This document shows positions 27,608 through 39,594 of a stretch of DNA of 64,000 nucleotides, piece by piece (positions within the stretch are counted from its first letter, which is position 1; each line of letters opens with the position of its first letter). Both the position numbers and the translations under genes were made by a program. The DNA comes from Paramecium tetraurelia. Taxonomy: Eukaryota. Location: contig CT868441.1 in NCBI GenBank assembly GCA_000165425.1, positions 1-64,000 on the forward strand, read 5' to 3'. A model generated the notes under the pieces. That model ran no database searches and was not told the origin of the DNA. It saw nothing but the letters and a program-made list of their open reading frames with translations.

Positions 27608-28176
27608 TCATTTGCCACCACGATAAGCACCTCTTCCTCTAATTGGTTCTGCATACAAATATCTTCCTCTTGTAATATATTAAAATGCTAAATTATAGTA
27701 ATTTGTAAATACGCTATCCCCTTCCACCTCGATTTCCTCTTCCTCTATTTCTTAAATTTGTTCTCTTTTGGAACACCTATTTCTAGAAATGGATGAATAC
27801 CAATATTTTCTTTCCTCTAATGATGCCTTCACTTAATACCAAAGCATCCTCAACTGAACTTTAATCTTGAAATTGTATATATGAATAAAGAGTGCCAGTA
27901 TTCTTATCACTTCTTAATGTTACCTAACATAATATTTTGATCTTACTTTAACTATGTTTCCACAATCCTTGAAATATTCCTTAAGATCATCTTCTGTTGT
28001 GTTTTCATCCAAATTTCTCACGAAAATTGATGTTAAATCAATATCTTTAAGTTAATGCTTATTGTCAGTGCCTATGAGAGTTACTCGTAAAACTTACCTC
28101 CTTTCTTTTGGGATTCGTCCTCCTTTTATTGCTCAACTGGCTCTTGTACTTCTAAATCATCTTCGTGATTGCTCAT
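27608..28176 (-). CDS. Nuclear poly(A)-binding protein (PABPN1/Pab2-like): acidic N-terminus, single RRM, RG-rich tail
   Basis: IDLTSIFVRNLDENTTEDDLKEYFKDCGNIVKVTLRSDKNTG...YIQF...VEDALVLSEGIIRGKKILVFQKRTN, then RGRGNRGGRG...RGRGAYRGGK-TGA. Introns at 28072-28097, 27924-27946, 27777-27800 and 27688-27712. Confidence 0.75.
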
Positions 28177-28199
28177 TATTTAAATCTTTAATTAATTTA

Positions 28200-29059
28200 A
28201 TGTCTTTTATCAAATTAATAGGAATTGACAATTAAGAGATCGAATTTGAAGAAAATAAAAATAGTGTGTATTTTAACTCACTAATCTAAGCAAGGAAATT
28301 AAATTATAGTGTATTGCGAAACAAGAAAGAAGAATTACAATTAAAGTGAAAACCACTGATCCTGACGTATTTTAAGTTGTAGGCAAACCCATAGTATTTA
28401 CCGAGCTTAATTAAAAAGGAGTCCTATTAATCAAGGCGAATAGCGCTAAGAAAAGAGACAATGACAAAGATAAAATCTGTATCGTGGCCTAGGAGTATGA
28501 GGACAGTTTACGATAATCAGCATAGGGTCCATCTGAACTTAAGCCACCAAATATTTAAGAAATTATATTAACTGTGAGAGTGTTGAATAACAAGACAACT
28601 CAATAAGCAAATGACTAAAAGTTCTTGGAGTCTAAAAGTTTACTAGATAGGCAAATGGATCAAATTGTAGAATCAAAATTTATAAATCCTATCTCAAAGT
28701 TTGGGGATACATAGAAATTTCAATCCGCTTATGCCCAATTCGATAATGTAATTGAAAGACAGAAAACAGAATTTTTGAGTATGTATCAATAAAAGAGTTA
28801 AATCAATAATTCAAATATTATGATTGAAGCACAGCCCTAATATAAATAGGAATATGAGCAATATTTGATTTTGACTGACGAATAGGAGAAGGAATTATTC
28901 AAGTTAAGCGAGCTGAAAAACAAACTTTAAAGATAAAAATTAAAATAGTAACAAATTGTGGAAACACCAAAACCTAAGGCCCTAAATACTTTGCACATTG
29001 GTTATGCTATAATTGTTGTTATTTTGAGCTTCATGATTGGAATGCTTGCGAAAACTTGA
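28200..29059 (+). CDS. MSP-domain tail-anchored protein (VAP-like)
   Basis: IKVKTTDPDVFQV resembles the VAP FKVKTT signature. A coiled coil is followed by a C-terminal TM, IGYAIIVVILSFMIGMLAKT-TGA. Confidence 0.6.
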
Positions 29060-29123
29060 ATAATAATGAATATATTTTGAATATTTTTATTGTGAAGTTA
29101 TATTTGTTATAGTAATTTTGAAA

Positions 29124-29616
29124 ATGCTTTCCGATATCAAACAATTCGAGCAAGAACACAAAGAAGAAATGAAACTTCTTTAATAGAAGTATGAGTAAAG
29201 GGTATTCATATTAATCTTATTTCTGTAAGATAGACCTCTTATCACAAAAAATCGAGATCCTATAAAAAGAATTAGAAGTCAAGGACAATATTTACTCAGA
29301 TCTTAAAAATAGATCTATTCAAAATGAGGAATCCAAGATTCAAAAAACTGAAGAAGATGTTGTTTAGGATTTCGGGGCAACCATTTAAAAATTTCATAAG
29401 CAAAAAGAAAAAGAATTAATGAAAATTAAAAAGAATTACTAAAAAGAATTAATTCATAATCAGAAGCTCTTAAGAAAAAAAGATGCGACTATAGAGTAAC
29501 TCTAATAAGAAATTTCACAATACAAATAAGCTGCTTCCTAAAATATGGATAATCAAAAGATTTTGCTGCTCTCCAAACTTATTGATTTAGCAAATGAAAT
29601 TCAAAAATAACTCTGA
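29124..29616 (+). CDS. Small coiled-coil hypothetical protein
   Basis: MLSDIKQFEQEHKEEMKLLQQKYEQR, one short intron, E/K/Q-rich, TGA 29614-29616. Confidence 0.65.
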
Positions 29617-29819
29617 TAAACATTAATTAATATCTAATCATTAAGACAAATGCGCAAAAATAATTTAAAAGTAGTTTCTTTCTTTTAATTTTTATTAACG
29701 ATATTTATTATTCATTTTAATTTATAATTCTCATATATAAAGAGAAAAATGTATCTGAAATAAAAAGATTTTATTTTTCTATAAATCGAGTTTGAATTCG
29801 ACTTAAAAATGAGAAATAA

Positions 29820-30345
29820 ATAATCAAATGAATAGAAGAAAGAATGAACAAAACAACAATGCATATGAAAGGATTTTAGAAATTAAAAAGAGGATTTATA
29901 AGACATAGACTCAATTCCCATTAAGTCTCTGGAATCCTATGTAAAATTAAATGAATTAAATATTTAAGGTATATGTACAATGCTTACCTTAACTTCAATT
30001 TTATTTGCTTGCCACCAGGTTTCTAATAAAAATTCAAGTTGATCAAGCCTAAGAAAATCAAAAATTGGATAGATGATATTCCGATCTTGGTTGGTGTTGA
30101 TGACTTTGAATAGAGAGAGTAATACATTGTTCACTATTTTGTAGTACTTGTGCAATTTGTCTTTTAGACTTAAATGAAAAAAATGTTATCAAAATACTAA
30201 AATGTAATCACTTTTTCCATTAGGAATGTATAAAAGAGTGGTTGTAACTCAAAGCAGAATGCCCCACTTGCAGAGATTAAATGCATAAATGATCGATTAT
30301 GTATATGTCATATTATCATAATTAAACATTTTGATTCAATCTTCA
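29820..30345 (-). CDS. Hypothetical small protein or decaying gene
   Basis: Coding-like frame (LHKYYKIVNNVLLSLFKVINTNQDRNIIYPIFDFLRLDQLEFLLETWWQ) with a hydrophobic 3' end; start and splicing unresolved. Confidence 0.3.
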
Positions 30346-31041
30346 TTTGATACTCAATTATCATTATTAGAATAAATATAAATTAATGTAAATTTAAGAC
30401 TAACTATTCATTCATTAATGACAACAATTATCGTCATCAAAATAATTTGTAATTATATATGGTATAAATTATTAATATATATTTTATTAATGAAATTATA
30501 TCAGCAACCATCTTACACTATTAAACCTTCAAGATTATATTATTTTTAGTTATGAAATCATAAACGTATCTTAATTATGAATTTCCAAATCATAAAAATA
30601 CTCAGGACGATTTTTGCTATGAATTAATTAATTAGTCTAAATTTAGTAAAAAGTCTGTTACGAGATTCCTATTCCTTCTCACACAAAATTTAGCCTACAT
30701 TTGATCTCTATAAAGTAATTATTTGAGTCATCCACCTAACTATTTTTGAATAATTAAAGCCGCAATTTCAGAATTATTACAATCTTTGAATAAGGTAATT
30801 ATCTTCTTACTTCCATTTTACCTATTAAACATTATCCCTTTATTAATTATTTCAACTCAATTTTCCTTTACAAAATCATCAGTTATAAACACTTAAAATG
30901 TACGTCTCATTATATTTTGTCCTGGTATCAATTTAGATATTTAATATTGTACAATTAAGACGCTTTGGCGGACTTCTACTTAACACAAAGAATGAAAGAG
31001 TCATCATTTCGAACATCAAATGCTGTATAAAATTTAATAGT

Positions 31042-32751
31042 TCATTTTTTATAATTAATAACACTACTAATCAATGAATTGCTTCTTCCTAATCGATAAG
31101 AATATGTTCGTTGAGGCGATATTTTCGATTTACTAATTGATTGGTCATTAGTTTAAGTATGCTGGGACGCGTTTCTTTATTTACTCATTTATGATCCTAA
31201 TGCTAATCGTATTGAATGCTGGAGCAACATTTATTTATGTCGATCCAATTTAATAAGATATTATATCATGCCAATACAATTTGGATCGTTGTTAGGATTA
31301 GACTTTTTATTATGTTCAATGAGCTTTTTTAGTGCCACTTTTCTTTGATTGCAACGAGTAGTAAGATCTCTTTCTGGAGAAATTTAGGTTTTCTAGATTT
31401 TAGTGCTTTTATGTTTGTTGGCTTCTTCATCTATAATCTTGAGTCTTACGAATAAGGAATCATCAATTCTTTAAGTTTTTTCAGGTTGGATTGTCTTTTT
31501 CATAATTTCATTCTATATATCCTTATTCATATGAGTTTCAAACCTCTCCTAAAGCCATTTTCTTTTCATTTCACATCTCTTATGAAAAAGCTTAGCAAAC
31601 CAATCATTAACAATGCAAATGCGATAGACATCAACTTTTTTAATGGCTAGAACGCTTCCCTTGGCACTAACACATTAGCAATTAAATGAATGGTAAACAT
31701 TATTAAAACAATCGTGATTGAAGTCTTCTTCACCTAATAATTACCCAGGTCCCAACTTCAATAAAACATATTCCCTATTTGAAAATTTGTTTGACTACTT
31801 AAGGAGCTCAAAAGTGCTTTCATTAATTTAAATTGGATAACGAACCAATTGTTTTACATGCTTTTAATCATGTCTTAACGTTTTCTTGAATTTATCATAT
31901 TGAGTATCACCACCGCAAATTTAGACTTCAAAATTATTGTTATGACTGCTATAGGAAACGTAAAATTCCCCTTTCAAAATCAAATACACATAATGGGATT
32001 ACATTTCAAAGGAATATAGATTTTGATGATTGCATAATTTGACTCTTTCTGAAGAGATGATCAATTCTTGGAGGACCCTTTTGAAATCAGGAAATTTGAT
32101 CCCATCCTGAAATGCTCGACACATTAAAAACTCAATTTTTTCATTCTTCCTTCTTTTAGAAGTCTCAATGATTTCCAAATATTATTGGATTTATAATTGT
32201 AGGAACTCACAGTTATCTAATGTAATGATGGTGCATTAAGCATTTTTAGTAATAGATTCAATAAGAGCATCATCTTCATTAATAATATGAGAAGTTTGAA
32301 ATCTGACAACATGTCCTTCGATAAGATGTGCCATTAAGCTTAGCATCTAAAAGGATGGAATTTGCAACTGATTTAACTAATCCTATAAAGTTACAAGATT
32401 TTCTTTAGGATAAGTTTCTTTGCCTTTGAAATAGAGAGTTTTGGTTGAGGGATTTAAGTAGAAGTTTTATGGCAATCTCTAAATGCCAGGATATTTCATT
32501 TCTAAATCCTTTATTTCTTAGGTAAGTTATTCATGAGATTTAGGTATTAATTTAAGACATCTACCTTTAAGAAGAATGAGAAAGTAATCGATTTTGAGTT
32601 TGTATTTAAACACAAATCTATCTTTAGGCAAGTAATGAAGTTTGGCCTATTGGGTAAAGCTCTATAGTATTGGTTCATAATCTTTTTCAGATGTGATATT
32701 TCGTAATCTTTGAAAGTAAAGTAATTTGGACAAATTATCTTTATTGAACAT
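31042..32751 (-). CDS. Cyclic-nucleotide-binding (cNMP) domain protein
   Basis: MFNKDNLSKLLYFQRL...HYLPKDRFVFKYKLKIDYFLILLKG and a second unit ...HYVYLILKGEF...GQLLGEEDF are CNB-like; a low-complexity tail follows. TGA 31042. Confidence 0.7.
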
Positions 32752-32773
32752 AATTATATTAATAATATTCATA

Positions 32774-33828
32774 TCAATCTAAAATAGGTTTGGTATCTGG
32801 TTGAATAGGGAGGAACCAAACTAAGGGGTTTTTGCCAAAGACCTCAAAAATATTGTTCCAAACTCCTTTTTAAAGGGGTTCTCTGGGTTTATTTTCGCAA
32901 TACTCAAGGGTTGTGATGTTGGATTTGATTGCCCTAACAATCTCAGTATTATTGATAAGAATACCACAGGTGGAAGAGAGTGAAAGCGGTTAGAATTATC
33001 CAAAGGAAACAGCAATATAGAAACGTAAAGGAAACTAGGAATAACTTGGCGTCGCTTGAATACGAGTTCATAGTGTCATAATAGCAACGACTGTAGGTGA
33101 TCATGATAAAACTAATCAAAAACCCTAATGTTGGAGATCAATTATGATACATGCATAACCAAGTAAATTCATAAACAATTTGTAGTTGCCATAACCGATG
33201 CAATTATTCAACCATTAACAATGATGATCCATTTTCAACCAACAGGTCTTGCATTGTCTGCAATGATGACAACGTTTTGGTTTAAAAGCGCTGCAATTCT
33301 TACAATGTCTTCTGCCTTATTTATCAATTAATTCATTTTTGACCTTCACATTCAGATGTAATCGCTACTCATCATCTATCTCTGATGAAAATGATGTTGA
33401 TGTTTGTGATCCTTTCTTATTGTGATTTATCATGTTTTCTTCATTTTCAATCATCTAACGAATTTCGTTCTCTATTTTAATCAACCATTCAGCAGGTACA
33501 TGACCAGGAATTGTCATTACAACTCTGATTAATGTTATTGTGAATAATATTAGAATGATATGTAATGTTATCGTAATTCCGATAGTTTTATTGCTGAAAA
33601 CATAGTCATTGATGTGTACTAATTGAATCAAGTATGTATTGACTTCCACTATAGGTCGAGAAACATACTCTGATTTTATGAGTGGCATCAAATAAGTCTT
33701 GAACATGAATATGCACCACATACCTCCATATACACTACATAAAAGTAAAGCACTATTAGTACAAGAACTGCTAATGGGATCCATGTACCAATATATCGAA
33801 GCAATTGCCCTTCTCTATAATATTTCAT
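32774..33828 (-). CDS. DHHC (zDHHC) protein S-palmitoyltransferase
   Basis: [53 protein letters not shown] (TTxE) motif, [17 protein letters not shown], and flanking TM helices. Confidence 0.95.
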
Positions 33829-33851
33829 TTATAAAATAAAAACGTATTTCA

Positions 33852-36254
33852 ATGTAATCAAGCTGTAATTATATAATCCAATCCATTAGAATAAAACAAA
33901 TACGGATTCGAGGAGAACTTTAACGGCTCCAGTGTTTCAGAAGAGAGTTAGGACATTATCATAGTGGAACCACTTGACGAATAGAAACAAGCGTAATTCT
34001 CTTCATCCATATTCTTAGAATAAATAAGGCAAATGCTCTCTATTTAACGGGTTAAAATCAATCTGTTCAAGCCTCATCTTATACTAACAAATAAATCAAT
34101 CAATCAGCAATCCCATCTAAGATCTATTCCTAAACAAACCAATCCAATCAACCAGAACATAAACCATATTTTTAACAATCATAAAGACCTGTCTATGATC
34201 CTACTGTGTCTGTTCCCAGAAAATATGATCCTAGTCTTATTTAAAGAACTTAATAACAATAACCACCTCTTAAATCTAATGCTAACCAATAATTTCTACC
34301 AACAATGGAACCCTAACCAAGAATTACATAATCAGTAGTAAAACCAACTGAAAAACAGTTTCATTAGCCTAACAATTACGATAATTTTCAAAGAGATAAG
34401 AACTTTTAAGAATAATTTGAAGTGAGTGATGATGAAGATGTACTTTAAATTTAAGATTAACAGAAATCCTCGTAAAAATAACTATCAGTCGCAGATTTCC
34501 CTATAGAAAGGAAAATCGCTAATTCAATCACTCCTTCTGATAAGAAACCTAATTAAATTTAATAGTCTGCTCAAAACAGAGAATCAAAAGCTCCTATTTT
34601 GACAGAAAAAGATAAATAGTAATTAATTGCCAATGCTAAACAATAAATGTTAACTCTTGATTTACTAACATCAAAACTGTCCACTCAGAATTACACTGGC
34701 TAAGACATATGTGAAATTGTTAGCATCTAAAAAGGAATAATTAAACTGAGTTAAGATTTAAATAACATCTTAAGTCAGGATCGAAATTCTATTGTCTTGG
34801 TTGGAATTATTGGGCAAAATAAATCAGGTAAAAGTACATTACTTAATGAAATTGCTCATACTTCTAATAAATAGAAATTTGGAAACAATGGAATTTGGAT
34901 GTTATCAAAACCACTCATAATAGAATAGAAAAGCTATTATTTTATAGATTGTTAAGGCACTGATAATTAATTGCTTTACGCATTTGTTATGTTAAGTTGT
35001 TCCACATTATTATATAACACCCTCAAATTAGATGATAATAGCATACAGTGTTTTCCTGTGCTTGACACCATTTTCAGATTATTAATTAACGAATATGCAT
35101 TGATGCAATTATTACCCAATTTCATATGGGTTTAACGTGATGCACTTTAAGCTCGTCCAATTATTGAGTTGCAAGAGTTCCTTGTCAAAGCCAATAAGGG
35201 TTAGCAATTTGAAAATTTGATTAAATAACGTGATGTGGCTTGCATTGGTCCTCAAGGCACTTCGGAGTATTAGAATTCAATTTCACAATTGAAGGATAGA
35301 ATTATTTTGGGCAGTGTTTGCAAATAGGTTAACAGTTATAATTTGAATGGACCTCTAATGTACTTGTATATGGAATCAATTGTTGATCTACTCAATAAAC
35401 CAATTACTTTGTAATTAGATTAATTGTGGTTATCAATTTGTGAAGATTACACGAAAGCCATCTACAATTAAAGTCTCAATTCATTCGTCCAATAAGTTGA
35501 CAATTGGATGAAAGATAATCAGAAAGTTGATGAAATAGAGATATATAAACAATTCAGAGATTTCAAAGATGTTTCATTGTAACAGATCTTCCCGACTTGC
35601 TTTTTAAATAATAAGAATCGATCTTATTAGCAATACAAAAAGAAATTGCAGGAAATAATTGCTACTAAGGAGAAATAAGCATTATAATTTTGTCTATATA
35701 CGAGTTAATGTGAGAATGATGCTCTAATGAACAAGAATATCAGTAAAATGAATTTCAGAGATATTGATTCTTTCTCTTAATCTTTCAGCAGTATGATAGA
35801 TTAATTGTTGAAGCAAAAATACTAATTCTAACAATGCTCTGCCTTTGCAGAATGTTTATAAAAGAATTACAAAAAATTAATTGAAGAGCTATTCTCTAAA
35901 TACTAAAAGTAATAGGCCAATTCAAGTGAAGAATAATAATTCAATTTGCAATAATCTAAAATACAAGTTTCCAATAAGGAAGATGAATTGAAAAAGAAAT
36001 AAGAATAGGTATCTTTTCTGGAGAAGAAAAGAAATCTTTTGATTAAAGAAATATAGGATTTACAAGATTAAATAAAACTCGAAAGAGAATCAATTGCGCC
36101 TGATGCTAGGTAATCTCAATAAGGCCAAAATGATGAATAATTGCTGGAGTTGAAGTAGAAGTGTGCTTAGAATAAATAAGAAATATAAGTATTGAGAAAA
36201 TAAGTTTAAGATGCTGAACGTAAAAAGAACGATGAAGGATGTAATATTCAATGA
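33852..36254 (+). CDS. Guanylate-binding-protein (GBP/atlastin-like) large GTPase with C-terminal CaaX
   Basis: IVLVGIIGQNKSGKSTLLN (G1), GIWM, FIDCQG (G3), LPNFIWVQRD (G4 'RD'), a helical/coiled-coil C-terminus ending CNIQ-TGA. 25-nt intron at 33865-33889. Confidence 0.8.
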
Positions 36255-36329
36255 GAAGTAAAATAGTATTATTATTTTTTGTTAAATAAATTAAAATAAT
36301 TAATCCAACATCCTAATGAAATTATTGAA

Positions 36330-36750
36330 ATGTTCAACGAATTTGAATTTACATTGATAAATTTGTTGAATGTAAAAGAGTTTTTGGAATTCCTGTAAGA
36401 ATCTGGATTGGACATAAGTTGTTAATTATTATATAAGAAATTCATAAGAATAGAATGGAGAACTTGAAAATGTGGAATGTTTCATAATAATCAAAATGAT
36501 TATGAAAGATTTGAGATGTTATTCTGAATCATAGATACAAGCAATTACAAAAGATTAGTAAATATGAATCTAAAAGTATTGTCAAATTCTTGTTATGAAT
36601 GTAAAGGATATATGTAGGAATGGGATTTAATGATAAGGACATAGATATCATGATCAATTAAATTGGAAGTGAAGAATTGGATGTAGTATCAAGGGATAAA
36701 TTATAGATTGTATTGCAAAAATATCAAAATCACGAAATTCATAATTGATA
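36330..36750 (+). pseudogene. Decayed small EF-hand (calmodulin/centrin-like) gene
   Basis: LLNVKEFLEFLQESG and MGFNDKDIDIMINQIGSEELDVVSRDKLQIVL resemble EF-hand helices, but they lie in different frames with intervening TGA. Confidence 0.35.
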
Positions 36751-36802
36751 ACTATCTTTTTTATAGTTAAAATTAATTATTTAGAAATCGTATTAAAATA
36801 TA

Positions 36803-39073
36803 TCATCTTCTATATGGAGCTAATTAAGACTTGCGCATATCATTGACTTCCTTTTCCTTATCAGTCAATTATGCACGCAAACTTTCAATTTCAACTTTGT
36901 ACAAAGATAAATAAAGAAGTAATTCTTCATACTTTGATCCAACTCCGAATTGGTCAGCATATTTGAGTCTAATTTTAACTTTATATCAAATACCTATAGA
37001 TTTCCAATTCTTTATTTAGATCTTCAACCAAATTTTATAATCTTTCAATCTCCTAGTTTAAATACAAGTTTTTTTCTCTTAATAATAGAAGATCTGAGGA
37101 ATCCTGCTTTATCAATTTAATCTTAAGCATTTCAATTTATTCAGAATAGGATAGATTTAACAGATTGAGTCTCTCAATTTCACTAGTAAGCATGGCTAAT
37201 TTCTCATCCTAACTATATCTTTTCTTATTCAATTCTTCTTCTAAAATAGTGACTTTCCTTCTATTGGTCTCCATCTCTGTACTTCTCTCATTGATCAAAA
37301 TAGATAGCCTTTCAATTTCCTATGATAACATAATGATTTTAGTCTCATAATCTTATTATAATTGTTCCTCCAATTTATTATAGTTTTATCTCCATTATTC
37401 ATTTTCATTCTACAAATGTCTTAATAATTGATTCAATCTATCATTATCTGATTTCAATTATTCTGATTGACTTCTAATCAATTCAATCTAATTAAGTTTT
37501 AGTTTGTATTCTGATAATTCCCTGGATTGTTATTCAATAATAAGTGAGTATTTCTGTCTTTCTGTATTAATGGTTTCATTCTCATTTCTTTTTGTCCTCA
37601 CATTCTAATCAAGTTCATTCATTAACTGTCTTTGGATATCATTTAATCTTTCAATTTCACCTCCTAGTAAAACAACTCTCTCTTCTAATTGCATTTTAAC
37701 TCTTTAGATCTATTCTAGATTATTTTAATAAGTAGTCTATTGTATTATTAACTATTAATAATCATTTTGAATTTTGATTAAGGTATTTTCATTTTTGTAA
37801 TGCTTCTACTACGTTTACTCATTATGCAATTAAATTTATTGTATCTATTATTCCTTCTATCTCACTTACCCGTTCAATCTTTCGATCTCCTACTAATACA
37901 GTTAGCATTTGTCCTCCAGTTGAATCAATTAAGACTAATATTAAGAATTAGCTTAGATCTAAACTTCTAATTGTTTGATTCTTCTGTCTCTCTCTTCTAT
38001 TTGCTATTAGATTCTTTTCATTTCTTCTGAGAGTGTACGTTCTCTATCCAATTTAGAACTCTCCTGTTTCCTTTAGTTCAAGACCTCCTACTCATACTTT
38101 TATCTATAGAAATCTAACTATTAAGCGAACTGATCGTATTATTCTCTTAATATCTAATTCTCTTATTCTAATTCTTAATTCCTCCTTTTTGTTTGTTCAA
38201 ACTGCTACACTTTCTTCTAGAATACATCATTGCTATTCTCGATCTCCTAAGTCAAAAGCAACAATTTAGTTTCATAATTTTGCCTACTAGATCCCACTTC
38301 AATAAGAGTCTGTTCCATTTGGTGATTTTATTGCTTAAATTATTCAAGTTCCTTCATTCTCATATCCAATTAATTCCTCAGCTTATAAACCTCATTCTCA
38401 TTTTATTGACGTTATTGATCTGCATTCTAAATGAGTATTTCAGCATCTTACTAGCGTTGATTTTCGTAATACTATTTTATTTTCTCCTATTCCTTCTACA
38501 AGTAATCACAACGCTCTCTCCATTATAAGGTTTCTTTTTGGTTCTATTAGAGAGTTGTTTTCAAATCATTAATATTCTTCTCATAATTTGCTATCACATT
38601 AGAGTATTAATTTATTTGAATTTGAAATTCAGATTCTCTATTGGTCTGTGTGTACTGCAATTGTTATTACAACTCTTAGTAACTTCTTTCCCATTATTGC
38701 ACTTCCTGAATGCGTGCCTCCAAAATCATGGATATCTGATTATTCTCTTGAACAAGCATATCTATACGCTCTTAATATTATGTAATCTTTGCATAATCAA
38801 TATATATACTATAACTAAATGATTCTTATGTCCTTAATAGAGTTGTTCCAATTCTCTATATCTCTGAATCCACATTTCCAGTTCCTACTACAATCTTATC
38901 ACATCTGGATTTTGAGGTTATTGCTGTTGTTGTTAGTCTCTTAGGTAAATTGGAACCATGATACGATTGATCACCTTGTGTGTTATGGGAATCGACTTAA
39001 TAGAATTAGGTGAAACTGTCCCTCTTGATTTTGTGGTTCGAATAACAGGACTCTTATCTGTATGAACTTGCAT
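36803..39073 (-). CDS. Long coiled-coil protein with repeated LLxxEIERLN motif (putative cytoskeletal)
   Basis: ATG 39073; Q/E/K-rich heptads with recurring units LLQQEIERLN, LLGGEIERLN, MLSQEIERLS, MLTSEIERLN, YLNQEIERLQ; ends APYRR-TGA. Confidence 0.8.
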
Positions 39074-39091
39074 TATTAAATTAATTATAAA

Positions 39092-39560
39092 ATGTCTAAT
39101 CTCTTAAATTCACTCTCCAAACTCAATAAACTATATGAGCAAAAAGAAGATGAGATCAATAAGGATGAAATTTGAAAGTTGAAAAATGAATGGAAGTTAA
39201 TTATCGAATCTTAACGATATATTTGAATAACAATTGTAGAAACAGATGGAATAATAACTATAATAGTAATAACAATAAAAATGAAAGTGAAAGATAAAGA
39301 TGATCATATTGAGAAAATTTGCTGATGACATTTGGGAAGAGCCTGCATTTGCTGATTGGCCATATGGAGATCATCGTTTGTTTATTGAAAATATAGCTAT
39401 GGTTTTGTTTTCATTCTTGAATACCAATAACTCTATAAGTGCATTCAAAGAATGAATGGCAATTACTTAGAAAATCGTCCTGTTAAATTGAGTAAAAATA
39501 CTTCCTAGCAACATCTTTTCAGAAAAAGAAATTTGATGGACTAGTGAATAACTTTATCAA
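39092..39560 (+). pseudogene. RBM42: RBM42-like RRM gene pseudogene with internal deletion
   Basis: LRKFADDIWEEPAFADWPYGDHRLFIEN corresponds to RBM42 'WEDPTLxEWxxxDFRLF'. It is fused out of frame to YGFV...RMNGNYLENRPVKLSK ('MNGKYVGNRPIKLRK'). The RRM middle is missing and there is a premature TGA upstream. Confidence 0.75.
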
Positions 39561-39594
39561 GCTAAAAATTAGTAAAATTAAACTTCCAAATATT

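Noticed and set aside
30490..31040. Possible small gene between the hypothetical and cNMP genes
   Set aside because: Frames on both strands are interrupted by TGA and I could not build a consistent intron model.
38193..38822. Hydrophobic plus-strand ORFs in the track (also 39748, 40639, 40985, 58500, 61478)
   Set aside because: Antisense shadows of real genes on the opposite strand; Leu/Ile/Phe richness is expected opposite E/K/Q codons.
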